Below are positions 57,001 to 63,890 of a DNA stretch of 64,000 nt, piece by piece. The stretch comes from Rhynchobatus australiae. Lineage: Eukaryota. The position numbers and the translations under genes were made by a program. The notes beneath the pieces were generated by a model. It did no database searches. It saw nothing but the letters and a program-made list of their open reading frames with translations, and was not told where the DNA came from. The stretch is from contig JAUZTB010000001.1 in the NCBI GenBank assembly GCA_034780895.1, forward strand, positions 46,923,925-46,987,924, read 5' to 3'. Positions within the stretch are counted from its first letter, which is position 1. Every line of letters begins with the position of its first letter.

Positions 57001-60000
57001 AGGACAGGTTAGGGCTACCACCATCATAATCAGGTCTTCTCCATTTAAGTAGGACAAATGTCTTTCCTATATCAGCAACATGAAGGTTTTCTGGTTCTCC
57101 AGGCTTTTCAACAGGATCAATTGCTAAGATTGGTGTTTTAGTTTCAATTGTTGGACCTAGTCCGACTTTGTTTTCTGCACATACACGGAAGAAGTACTCG
57201 TGATTTGTTGTAATTTGAACTTTGACCACACGTTTAGTTAAATCAGATGAGATCAAAGACCATCCTCTCTGACTGGGATGACGGCTTTCTGCTATGTAGT
57301 TAGTAATTTCTGAGCCTCCATTATCATCTGGATTCTCCCAGGAAAGCATACAGGAATCTTTAGTGACATAGCTTGTCCTGATATTCTTACAAGGGCCAGG
57401 TCTATCAAGGACATTGACAGTAACAGCAGCCTGAACTTGTCCACTATTATTTTTGGCAACGACATGGTATTTACCATGATCGGCTCTGGTTGCCTCTTTA
57501 ATAAAGAGCTGTATAACAGGATAGTCATTATGAATCTCTGTACGTTTGCCAGCAACAAGTACCTTGCCTTCTTTTGACCACGTAATTTCTGGATCTGGTC
57601 GGCCTTTAACACGAACTGTGATTAGGTCACGGCAAACAATATCAAGTTCCAGCTCTGGAGGATGAAGAATATCTTTTGCAATTACAGATTCTGGCAGCTC
57701 CCTTGGTTCACCTTCACCAACGATGTTGGCAGCCTTTATACGGAACCTGTATTCATTTCCTTCAATAAGGCCGGGTACTCTAAAAGCACACTGTGTGATT
57801 AAATCATCTTTATTAATTCTATTCCACTTTGTAGTGTCAGCTTTCTGACATTCTACAATGTATCCTAAGATTGGGCTGCCTCCATCATTGCTGGGCTTTG
57901 TCCAGACTAAGTCAACAGTTTCTCTTGACTTATCTTTCAGTTTAGGATTGATAGGTGGCCCGGGTGGTCTTATAGGACGGATTGCTGAGACTGGATCAGA
58001 AATTGGTGATGGTTTGCTTAAACCAGCAATATTTTCAGCAAATATTCTGAATTCATATGAATTACCTTCAAAAAGTCCAACGGTTCTCAATTTTAGATCT
58101 AATATTGGTGTCTTATTCACACGGATCCATTTACTAGTTCTTTCCCTACGTTCCATTATGTAACCAATAATTGGACTACCACCATCATATTTTGGTACAC
58201 CCCAAGAAACTGTAACTGCATTTTCTGTTACATCATAAACAGCTGGCTTAGTAGGTGGGCCTGGAACATCAAACGCGTACTTGGCTACAGTCGGTTTAGA
58301 CTCTAATGGTTCACCAATACCAATTTTATTTTCAGCTCGAACACGCATAATGTATTCGCAGCCTTTCTGGAGACGTGGAATTTTAGCTTGGGTACTTGTG
58401 CTTCCAGAGGTAACTATACCCCAGGTTTCCTTCTTAGTTTCTCGTTTCTCAACAATGTAATTCATAACAGGACTTCCTCCATCATCCCTAGGTGGACGCC
58501 AAGAGATGATCATATGCTGTGGTGTTACTTCAAGGATATTGACTGGACCAACTGGAGGGCCTGGAATGTCCAGGACGATCAAGTGTAGAGCCACTGACTT
58601 ACTACCAGCTGGATTGGAGACAGTAAGTATATATTCACCAGTATGTTTTCTGGTGCAATCCTTGATTGTTAACATAGTAGAGTGGTTGTCAGTGTCAATC
58701 TTGTAGTTGCCTTCTGATTTAAGTTCAGTACTGTCAGTGACCCACTTCACCGAAGGAGTAGGAATACCTCTCATTAAAGCAGGAAGTTTGACAGTGCTGC
58801 CAGCCTTCACGACAAGACCTTCAATCAAACTTACATCGACATCTACTGATGGTGACACTATAACACAAAAGCATAAATAAATCAATGTATATCAAGGAAG
58901 TGACAACGAAATAAAGAATAAAAGCAATGGAAAGAACAAAGCAAGTAAACAACCAACCTAATTTCTCCTGACACAGTANNNNNNNNNNNNNNNNNNNNNN
59001 NNNNNNNNNNNNNNNNNNNNNNNNNNNNNNNNNNNNNNNNNNNNNNNNNNNNNNNNNNNNNNNNNNNNNNNNNNNNNNNNNNNNNNNNNNNNNNNNNNNN
59101 NNNNNNNNNNNNNNNNNNNNNNNNNNNNNNNNNNNNNNNNNNNNNNNNNNNNNNNNNNNNNNNNNNNNNNNNNNNNNNNNNNNNNNNNNNNNNNNNNNNN
59201 NNNNNNNNNNNNNNNNNNNNNNNNNNNNNNNNNNNNNNNNNNNNNNNNNNNNNNNNNNNNNNNNNNNNNNNNNNNNNNNNNNNNNNNNNNGGGTATAAAT
59301 ACTATGAGCTTTTAAATGAAATTGTCAATCTCAGCAAATAACAACTTACATATTGGATCAATGGCCTTTATAGGTTTTGTTGATTCAATAAAGCTGCTTC
59401 TACCATACTGATTTTCAGCAGCCACACGGAACAAATACTGTGTGCCTTCCATTAAGTACTTAGCCATAATGCTGTGCTTTTTGCTTGTGGATGAGATAGG
59501 GATCCATTGAGGAGTTGCAACATCTCGTTTTTCAATTATATAGTTAGAGATAACAGCACCACCATTGTCTTCTGGTTCCTTCCATGTCAGATAACATGAA
59601 TCACTTCTAACTTCACTAATATTCAAGTTACGTGGTGGACCAGGTTTATCTGAAAATGATTAACAGTTTCCTGTTAATTTAATTACTGAACAAATCAAGT
59701 TGATTCAAATTGATACAACTCTCATGTTCCATTCATATTACCTAATACAGTAACAGTACAAGCAGCACTCTTGCTACCAGCTTCATTCTCAACAGTTAAT
59801 GAATAACATCCACTGTCATCTCTGACAGTATTAAGGATTTCAAGCTTGCTGCTCTTTGGGGTACTTTCAATGTCAGCTTTTTGTGGTACATCCTTGTCAT
59901 TCTTTTTCCACATGATCTTTGGAATTGGCATTCCTTTTATGGCTGCACTGAGGGTTAAGATAGTTCCTGCTTTTATGTTTACACATCGAGCCATGTTGGC

Positions 60001-63000
60001 ATCTACAAACAAGTCTGGAGCCTCTGCAAAGGAAACAAGAAAGCTTTACATGTACAGAACCAATTGCACAGAACAAGATTCATTGCAAAACTTTTCAATA
60101 TGGAGTGATCACATTGCAATCCTGTACGTCACTTACCAAGCCTGTCTTTTGCTTGGACAGGATCATGAACGTAAGCTGGATCTGATTCACCAGCTTGATT
60201 GACTGCGAAAATCCGGAATTTGTAGGTATCACCTTCAGTAAGATCTGCCACCTTAAAATGAAGGTCAGGACAGGACTCTGGTGTTTGATTGGCTTTCTTC
60301 CACTCTTCATCACCAACTTTCTGGTATTCACTAAATATCCCAATATTCTGCCTCCTCCATCATGACGAGGAGGTTGCCAAGATAAATCAACGGTAGATTT
60401 AGTTTTGTCTACTGCTTCAGGAGTAACAGGTGGACTTGGTTTAACTGAATCAAAAATAAAATAGTGGTCATAACAAATCTTACAANNNNNNNNNNNNNNN
60501 NNNNNNNNNNNNNNNNNNNNNNNNNNNNNNNNNNNNNNNNNNNNNNNNNNNNNNNNNNNNNNNNNNNNNNNNNNNNNNNNNNNNNNNNNNNNNNNNNNNN
60601 NNNNNNNNNNNNNNNNNNNNNNNNNNNNNNNNNNNNNNNNNNNNNNNNNNNNNNNNNNNNNNNNNNNNNNNNNNNNNNNNNNNNNNNNNNNNNNNNNNNN
60701 NNNNNNNNNNNNNNNNNNNNNNNNNNNNNNNNNNNNNNNNNNNNNNNNNNNNNNNNNNNNNNNNNNNNNNNNNNNNNNNNNNNNNNNNNNNNNNNNNNNN
60801 NNNNNNNNNNNNNNNNNNNNNNNNNNNNNNNNNNNNNNNNNNNNNNNNNNNNNNNNNNNNNNNNNNNNNNNNNNNNNNNNNNNNNNNNNNNNNNNNNNNN
60901 NNNNNNNNNNNNNNNNNNNNNNNNNNNNNNNNNNNNNNNNNNNNNNNNNNNNNNNNACCATACATAAATAACATCTTATTTTATTATTGAAACAATAATA
61001 TCTTTAAATGCAATACACTATGAAACTATAAATTGTCATATTCCAGACAATAAAAGATAGAAAACACACTTGATTTTTAAATTTACTTTTCTCAATATTT
61101 CCTTTTATTGACTTCCATCCAATCTGTTAGAAAACTCTGAGGTCTAGCACTTACTGTAACGATCTTTGGCTTTAACTTCTTCTGAAAGCAATGGGTCACT
61201 GATTCCATACATGTTTTCTGCATAGATACGAATAATATACTCTCGGCCCTCAATTAATTTTGGAACTTTGCAAGTTGTCTTTGTAGTTGAAGAAGTAACA
61301 GGCATCCAGAGCTCTCGGTTTGTATCCCTCTTTTCAACAATATAATTAGTGATTACACTGCCTCCATCATCAAGTGGAGGATTCCAGGAAATATCCATTC
61401 TATCTCTGTGAACTTCATTGAAAACAACTGGGCCAACTGGAGGCTGTGGACGATCTGAAAAAAGTAACATTTGGTTTCAATCCTGTATTCCAGCTCAATG
61501 TTACGAGATCTTAATCTGAAGAAGGCTACAAATAATTAACTTACCAACCACAATAACTTCACACAGGCCCTTTCGTACTCCTGTGCTGTTTTCCAAAACC
61601 ACACAGTATTTACCCGAATTAGCACGAACACCTTTCAGAATTATTAGACATAGTTTTGTTGGAGTTGTGTTTATTTTTATGCAATTTGTCTCTTCAACTG
61701 GTTCATCATCCTTAAACCAAGAAACCTTTGGTGTAGGTTTCCCTTTATATTGTCCTGTCAAGCTGAAGGATTCACCAACACGCACAATAAACTTGTCTCG
61801 GAAATCCAGTTCGAGTGATGGTGGTTCTAAAGATAATTACACACAATTATTGCTATTCTGAAAAAAAATTGAATTTAAAACATAGTTGAAATTAATCTTA
61901 CCAAGCTGATCCTTGCAAGTTATTGGTTTTGTACAGAATGATGGTTTCCCTTGGCCAACCTCATTTACTGCACTGACGCGGTACTCATACGTGTCACCTT
62001 CCTTTAAGCCACTATGTGTAAACATCCGATCTAACAATTTCTCTTTAGTAACTCTGATGAACTTCTCTTTACCAATTAGACGACACTCAAGAACATACAT
62101 TGTAATATCTGAGCCACCATCATATTTAGGAGGTTTCCATTTCAAGCTAACTGATTGCTTTGTAACTGCTGTTACTTCAAGATCTTCAGGACGTTCAGGG
62201 ACAGCTACAAGTTAGAAAAATAGAAATATTTATGTATTTAGTGGATAAAATAGATTTATTTAANNNNNNNNNNNNNNNNNNNNNNNNNNNNNNNCATTAC
62301 TTACACATTGGCTCTTTAACTATAGTTTCTTGTCTTGTCTGCACCCATGGGCCCATGCCAATGATATTTTCAGCTGCAATTCTAAAGAAATAAGCATTTC
62401 CTGGAATCAGACCCTGGACAACGGCATTCTGTCTAGTAACTGTGTATGTGACAGGTGACCAGCCACGACGTTCAACTTCACGCTTTTCAATTATATAGTT
62501 GGTAATAGCAGAACCACCATCATCTTCTGGAATGAACCATGTTAATCTGCAAGAATCATTTGTCAGGTTTTCACAGCGGAAAGGTTCACATACTGGCCCA
62601 GGAACATCTGTAATTAAGAAACAAATAATTTTACTTGTTCTTGAGAAAAACTGATTGCAAAAATTGTGAAAAAATTGTGCAAAATCAGAAAATAATATTT
62701 ACCTAAAACTTCAACAATAATAGTCTTTCTTCTTTCACCTCCTACATTCTTGGCAATAAGGTTGTATACTCCTTGATGCTTTCGCTGACAATTCTTTATA
62801 ACCAGAGCAGAACTGATCACAGTGGTTTCAATTGCAGCTTCTTTTGGTACTGGCTTATCATTCTTTTCCCATGAGATCTCTGGAGCTGGTTTACCCGATA
62901 CATATGCCAAGATACGAATTACACCACCAGCATGTACCACAATTCTGTCTCTCACACTGGCATCCAAGTTAATATCTGGAANNNNNNNNNNNNNNNNNNN

Positions 63001-63697
63001 NNNNNNNNNNTATTTATTATTGCCAAAGTAATGCATTGAAATAAAACAAAAGAACATTCTTTTTTTGTCACCTGTTCTATCCTTGACCTCAATGGCATCA
63101 GAAACCTCTCCTGGATCACCAACTCCAGCAGCATTTACTGCCCTTACCCTGAATCTGTATACATTTCCCTCAATCAATCCTGGAACAACAAACTTGGTGC
63201 CTCTAATTTCTTTGTCTTTAACCTGTGAATAACCAACAGAAAAGGTGAATATATAAATCAAAATAGAGAAATATTTCAATTTGGATGAAAATATGCGAGC
63301 GCCGTTCTTCCACAGTAGATAAGTGGCAGATGGGAGGTAAAATCTAACATCTCCGAGCCCTTTTCACATTGCTCTGACATTTCTGATTTTGTCTAAAGGG
63401 TTAATAAGGCCAGAGGCTATAATAGGTGCAGACTAAACATGACAATAAGAATGAAATCTCGATACATATGCCAAGATACGAATTACACCACCAGCATGGT
63501 GGTGTACACACATGTGTAAAAAGTATAAATCATTACTTTTGAATTTACCTTCTCCCACTCTTCCTTTCCTTCCTCCTTAAATTCAACAAAATAGCCAGTG
63601 ATTCTGGATCCACCATCTTTTGTTGGTGGAGCCCATTCAAGATCTACTGTTGACTTTGTCCAGTCTGTTACCTTAGGAAATGGAGGACCAGGTGGTG
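1..63697 (-). CDS. ttn: Titin (connectin), A-band segment, multi-exon; extends beyond both window edges
   Basis: Spliced minus-strand exons give tandem Fn3 (PGPP..W..P..DGG..I..Y..E......Y.FRV.A.N..G) and Ig domains in Ig-Fn-Fn-Ig-Fn-Fn-Fn (D-zone) then Ig-Fn2-Ig-Fn3-Ig-Fn3 (C-zone) order. Peptides such as [32 protein letters not shown] and DKPSQPGE match titin as recalled. Confidence 0.99.
174..479 (-). CDS. ttn: titin exon, Fn3 (~A162)
   Basis: 306 bp, AG/GT bounded; [11 protein letters not shown]...CKDPF. Confidence 0.95.
583..1167 (-). CDS. ttn: titin exon, Ig+Fn3 (~A160-A161)
   Basis: 585 bp; EYPDYELD...VPKTPL. Confidence 0.95.
1549..1851 (-). CDS. ttn: titin exon, Fn3 (~A159)
   Basis: 303 bp; DPPGKPQNP...VTEML. 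Confidence 0.95.
1925..2100 (+). mobile_element. possible decayed tRNA-derived SINE
   Basis: gctcagtt (A-box-like) and ggtttggtcc (B-box-like) motifs in an expanded intron; weak, recalled similarity only. Confidence 0.25.
2624..2926 (-). CDS. ttn: titin exon, Fn3 (~A158)
   Basis: 303 bp; VPDPTGTP...AMDPI. Confidence 0.95.
3257..3556 (-). CDS. ttn: titin exon, Fn3 (~A157), internal N gap
   Basis: 300 bp; DKPGPPSGS...CKSAI. Confidence 0.9.
3671..4061 (-). CDS. ttn: titin exon, Ig (~A156), spurious 100-N gap
   Basis: [14 protein letters not shown] / GRPIELSIP...KVIIL. Confidence 0.9.
4175..4768 (-). CDS. ttn: titin exon, 2x Fn3 (~A154-A155)
   Basis: 594 bp; DTPGPPGAV...VQDQR. Confidence 0.95.
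4873..5154 (-). CDS. ttn: titin exon, Ig1 of C-repeat 11 (~A153)
   Basis: 282 bp; [13 protein letters not shown]...VKVY. Confidence 0.95.
5416..5721 (-). CDS. ttn: titin exon, Fn3 (~A152)
   Basis: 306 bp; TPGVPSAP...AVERI. Confidence 0.95.
5808..6113 (-). CDS. ttn: titin exon, Fn3 (~A151)
   Basis: 306 bp; IPSPPGEP...CKEPT. Confidence 0.95.
6723..6914 (-). CDS. ttn: titin exon, Ig (~A149), 3' part and ~A150 hidden in gap
   Basis: [11 protein letters not shown]...NKRAVA then Ns. Confidence 0.9.
7016..7321 (-). CDS. ttn: titin exon, Fn3 (~A148)
   Basis: 306 bp; DPPGQPEV...CKDEY. Confidence 0.95.
7426..7728 (-). CDS. ttn: titin exon, Fn3 (~A147)
   Basis: 303 bp; VPPSPPTRP...AQNPV. Confidence 0.95.
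7823..8711 (-). CDS. ttn: titin, 3' half of interrupted exon (~A144-A146)
   Basis: [11 protein letters not shown]...AEHPF; donor present, no good acceptor. Confidence 0.9.
9041..9160 (-). mobile_element. elasmobranch short repeat, Penelope-like terminal relic
   Basis: agatgctggaaatctg...aggtcaggcagcatc...gttaagattttgggt; homologous inverted copy at 10225-10340; family assignment from recall. Confidence 0.5.
9240..9600 (-). mobile_element. RTE-clade LINE 3' ORF fragment, frameshifted
   Basis: [30 protein letters not shown] and [13 protein letters not shown] resemble the post-RT region of RTE/BovB-type LINEs. Confidence 0.75.
10225..10340 (+). mobile_element. elasmobranch short repeat, Penelope-like terminal relic
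   Basis: aagggtctttgacccaaaacattaac...tgctgcctgacctgctga; inverted homolog of 9041-9160. Confidence 0.5.
10791..11839 (-). CDS. ttn: titin, 5' half of interrupted exon (~A140 to first half of A143)
   Basis: TVPDAPGTP...[11 protein letters not shown], then homology stops without a donor. Confidence 0.9.
11952..12251 (-). CDS. ttn: titin exon, Fn3 (~A139)
   Basis: 300 bp; DTPGPPVGP...AQIQY. Confidence 0.95.
12367..12654 (-). CDS. ttn: titin exon, Ig (~A138)
   Basis: 288 bp; PPSIEFGAE...HVRVQ. Confidence 0.95.
12757..13050 (-). CDS. ttn: titin exon, Fn3 (~A137)
   Basis: 294 bp; [10 protein letters not shown]...TRDES. Confidence 0.95.
13163..14883 (-). CDS. ttn: titin exon, six domains (~A131-A136)
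   Basis: [12 protein letters not shown]...LAVSPV; the 10-N gap at 13716 hides about 20 codons. Confidence 0.9.
14973..15239 (-). CDS. ttn: titin exon, Fn3 (~A130), 5' end in gap
   Basis: [17 protein letters not shown]...AKDIL. Confidence 0.9.
15374..15676 (-). CDS. ttn: titin exon, Fn3 (~A129)
   Basis: 303 bp; VTPGQPGMP...AADPI. Confidence 0.95.
15765..16064 (-). CDS. ttn: titin exon, Fn3 (~A128)
   Basis: 300 bp; DKPGPPLGP...AKNAF. Confidence 0.95.
16160..16447 (-). CDS. ttn: titin exon, Ig (~A127)
   Basis: 288 bp; [11 protein letters not shown]...RLQVL. Confidence 0.95.
16554..16850 (-). CDS. ttn: titin exon, Fn3 (~A126)
   Basis: 297 bp; [10 protein letters not shown]...CHDTF. Confidence 0.95.
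16978..17280 (-). CDS. ttn: titin exon, Fn3 (~A125)
   Basis: 303 bp; TPGPPSTPW...AIDAC. Confidence 0.95.
17393..17438 (-). CDS. ttn: titin exon 3' end (~A124), rest in gap
   Basis: [15 protein letters not shown] then gtaagt donor. Confidence 0.85.
18221..18442 (-). CDS. ttn: titin exon 5' part, Fn3 (~A122)
   Basis: [11 protein letters not shown]...AEYFFR then Ns. Confidence 0.9.
18720..19240 (+). mobile_element. decayed CR1 LINE 3' end
   Basis: ctctataaaacactggt..., agacttgagaagctg..ttgttctcc..aggctcagaggtgatttaat, ending in atgggcc..gattctatattct tail; recalled CR1 3' signature. Confidence 0.6.
19959..19998. repeat. perfect 18-bp inverted repeat, 4-nt loop
   Basis: gcataatttcattaggtt-caaa-aacctaatgaaattatgc. 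Confidence 0.95.
20138..37677 (-). CDS. ttn: titin giant A-band exon, 58 domains (~A64-A121); counterpart of human exon 326
   Basis: Acceptor ttacag before YVPGPPSNP and donor gtaatt after GVKVT; frame breaks only at N gaps; 1+5x11+2 domains. Confidence 0.9.
37777..38079 (-). CDS. ttn: titin exon, Fn3 (~A63), contains in-frame TGA
   Basis: 303 bp; GPPGPP*RPEVTNV...TKDVA. Confidence 0.9.
38180..38767 (-). CDS. ttn: titin exon, Ig+Fn3 (~A61-A62)
   Basis: 588 bp; VAPTIVIDP...MVDSF. Confidence 0.95.
38864..39160 (-). CDS. ttn: titin exon, Fn3 (~A60)
   Basis: 297 bp; [11 protein letters not shown]...CQDEY. Confidence 0.95.
39252..39449 (-). CDS. ttn: titin exon, C-terminal part of Fn3 (~A59)
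   Basis: 198 bp; [10 protein letters not shown]...TLDPI. Confidence 0.93.
39526..39630 (-). CDS. ttn: titin exon, N-terminal part of Fn3 (~A59)
   Basis: 105 bp; [10 protein letters not shown]...TGGSPIT. Confidence 0.93.
39722..40322 (-). CDS. ttn: titin exon, Ig+Fn3 (~A57-A58)
   Basis: [11 protein letters not shown]...ARHPF; 10-N gap with 3-bp overlapping flanks. Confidence 0.93.
40737..41261. repeat. 60-bp inverted repeat (1 mismatch) enclosing a CR1 fragment
   Basis: 40737-40796 is the reverse complement of 41202-41261. Confidence 0.9.
40810..41180 (+). mobile_element. decayed CR1 LINE ORF2 3' fragment
   Basis: gttgtatagaggtttggccagacctcat..tattg..ccacaccttaggaagga resembles the CR1 LY..L.RPHLEYC...P...KD region. 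Confidence 0.55.
42600..42810 (+). mobile_element. possible DeuSINE (SacSINE1-like) relic
   Basis: gagaattttcccc..tcct..aatatt and tactggctatgaaatacttt..tctgagg resemble the Deu domain and tail from memory; very degenerate. Confidence 0.3.
43006..43293 (-). CDS. ttn: titin exon, Fn3 (~A56)
   Basis: 288 bp; EEPGPVIDL...AKDQV. Confidence 0.95.
43410..43700 (-). CDS. ttn: titin exon, Fn3 (~A55)
   Basis: 291 bp; DTPGPPINL...AVKAS. Confidence 0.95.
43813..44100 (-). CDS. ttn: titin exon, Ig1 of C-repeat 2 (~A54)
   Basis: 288 bp; [12 protein letters not shown]...MVKVL. Confidence 0.95.
44230..44440 (+). mobile_element. CR1 LINE 3' UTR relic
   Basis: cagccatgatttta..gatggaacag..gagggtct..cctactcctgct matches the recalled shark/ray CR1 tail. 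Confidence 0.55.
45796..46686 (-). mobile_element. L1/Tx1-type LINE 3' end (ORF2 C-terminal zinc knuckle, 3' UTR, poly-A)
   Basis: [12 protein letters not shown]...[21 protein letters not shown]; A-rich tail with AATAAA on the minus strand near 45820. Confidence 0.8.
46997..47302 (-). CDS. ttn: titin exon, Fn3 (~A53)
   Basis: 306 bp; [10 protein letters not shown]...AKDIL. Confidence 0.95.
47400..47702 (-). CDS. ttn: titin exon, Fn3 (~A52)
   Basis: 303 bp; DVPGPCDPP...AFDPQ. Confidence 0.95.
47795..48091 (-). CDS. ttn: titin exon, Fn3 (~A51)
   Basis: 297 bp; DKPGPPASI...AKNPY. Confidence 0.95.
48364..48651 (-). CDS. ttn: titin exon, Ig (~A50)
   Basis: 288 bp; [11 protein letters not shown]...KVKVL. 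Confidence 0.95.
48960..49051 (-). CDS. ttn: titin exon 5' part, Fn3 (~A49), rest in gap
   Basis: [10 protein letters not shown]...HDGGSKL. Confidence 0.9.
49159..49461 (-). CDS. ttn: titin exon, Fn3 (~A48)
   Basis: 303 bp; DVPSEPRNA...ARMPV. Confidence 0.95.
49547..49846 (-). CDS. ttn: titin exon, Fn3 (~A47)
   Basis: 300 bp; [10 protein letters not shown]...AKYQF. Confidence 0.95.
49971..50246 (-). CDS. ttn: titin exon, Ig (~A46)
   Basis: 276 bp; MAPKIIMPE...RVVIM. Confidence 0.95.
50544..50846 (-). CDS. ttn: titin exon, Fn3 (~A45)
   Basis: 303 bp; SEPDPPKKL...IKEQL. Confidence 0.95.
50981..51280 (-). CDS. ttn: titin exon, Fn3 (~A44)
   Basis: 300 bp; DTPGPVSDF...ARDPV. Confidence 0.95.
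51330..51700 (-). mobile_element. decayed CR1 3' end
   Basis: atcatagaacatcacagga..ccattaagcccatc is the reverse of the CR1 tail. Confidence 0.45.
51740..52040 (+). mobile_element. elasmobranch LINE 3' end (CR1/L2 group)
   Basis: aatcctgaaactct..aacagcattgtagg..ggactgcagtggttcaagaag..gctcacc..ttctcaagggcagtt; recalled common shark/ray repeat. Confidence 0.6.
53520..55040 (-). mobile_element. highly decayed CR1 LINE ORF2 (RT region)
   Basis: Minus-strand [16 protein letters not shown] near 54130-54190 resembles CR1 QHGF..RSCLTNLIEFFEEV; boundaries approximate. Confidence 0.5.
55086..55375 (-). CDS. ttn: titin exon, first C-zone Ig (A43)
   Basis: [35 protein letters not shown]; internal gap. 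Confidence 0.93.
55489..55809 (-). CDS. ttn: titin exon, last D-zone Fn3 (~A42)
   Basis: 321 bp; EPPGPPSGL...PKEIL. Confidence 0.95.
55921..58857 (-). CDS. ttn: titin exon, ten domains (~A32-A41)
   Basis: 2937 bp open frame; VSPSVDVD...AKDPM. Confidence 0.95.
58958..58978 (-). CDS. ttn: titin exon 3' end (~A31), rest in gap
   Basis: LCQEKL then gttggt donor. Confidence 0.75.
   Translation of the reverse strand, partial: YCVRRN
59350..59649 (-). CDS. ttn: titin exon, Fn3 (~A30)
   Basis: 300 bp; DKPGPPRNL...AIDPI. Confidence 0.95.
59742..60023 (-). CDS. ttn: titin exon, Ig (~A29)
   Basis: 282 bp; [10 protein letters not shown]...TVTVL. Confidence 0.95.
60137..60444 (-). CDS. ttn: titin exon, Fn3 (~A28), apparent 1-nt deletion
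   Basis: 308 bp; [21 protein letters not shown]...AKDRL. Confidence 0.9.
61155..61454 (-). CDS. ttn: titin exon, Fn3 (~A26)
   Basis: 300 bp; DRPQPPVGP...AKDRY. Confidence 0.95.
61545..61826 (-). CDS. ttn: titin exon, Ig (~A25)
   Basis: 282 bp; [11 protein letters not shown]...EVIVV. Confidence 0.95.
61902..62204 (-). CDS. ttn: titin exon, Fn3 (~A24)
   Basis: 303 bp; VPERPEDLE...CKDQL. Confidence 0.95.
62305..62607 (-). CDS. ttn: titin exon, Fn3 (~A23)
   Basis: 303 bp; [10 protein letters not shown]...VKEPM. Confidence 0.95.
62703..62981 (-). CDS. ttn: titin exon, Ig (~A22), acceptor in gap
   Basis: [11 protein letters not shown]...IVEVL. Confidence 0.93.
63072..63222 (-). CDS. ttn: titin exon, C-half of Fn3 (~A21)
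   Basis: 151 bp; [11 protein letters not shown]...VKDRT. Confidence 0.93.
63549..63697 (-). CDS. ttn: titin exon, N-half of Fn3 (~A21)
   Basis: 149 bp; [11 protein letters not shown]...EEWEK. Confidence 0.93.
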
Positions 63698-63811
63698 CTG
63701 TTTCAAAAAAANNNNNNNNNNNNNNNNNNNNNNNNNNNNNNNNNNNNNNNNNNNNNNNNNNNNNNNNNNNNNNNNNNNNNNNNNNNNNNNNNNNNNNNNN
63801 NNNNNNNNNNN

Positions 63812-63890
63812 CCTCATCGATGTGCTTAGTCACATCCTCAAAAAATTCGATCAGGTTCATAAGACAGGACCTGCCCTTGACAAAGCCAAG
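63812..63890 (-). mobile_element. CR1 LINE RT fragment
   Basis: GFVKGRSCLMNLIEFFEDVTKHIDE, a characteristic CR1 RT motif. Confidence 0.8.

Noticed and set aside
6042-60974. Long ORFs made mostly of X
   Set aside because: They are translations through N gaps.
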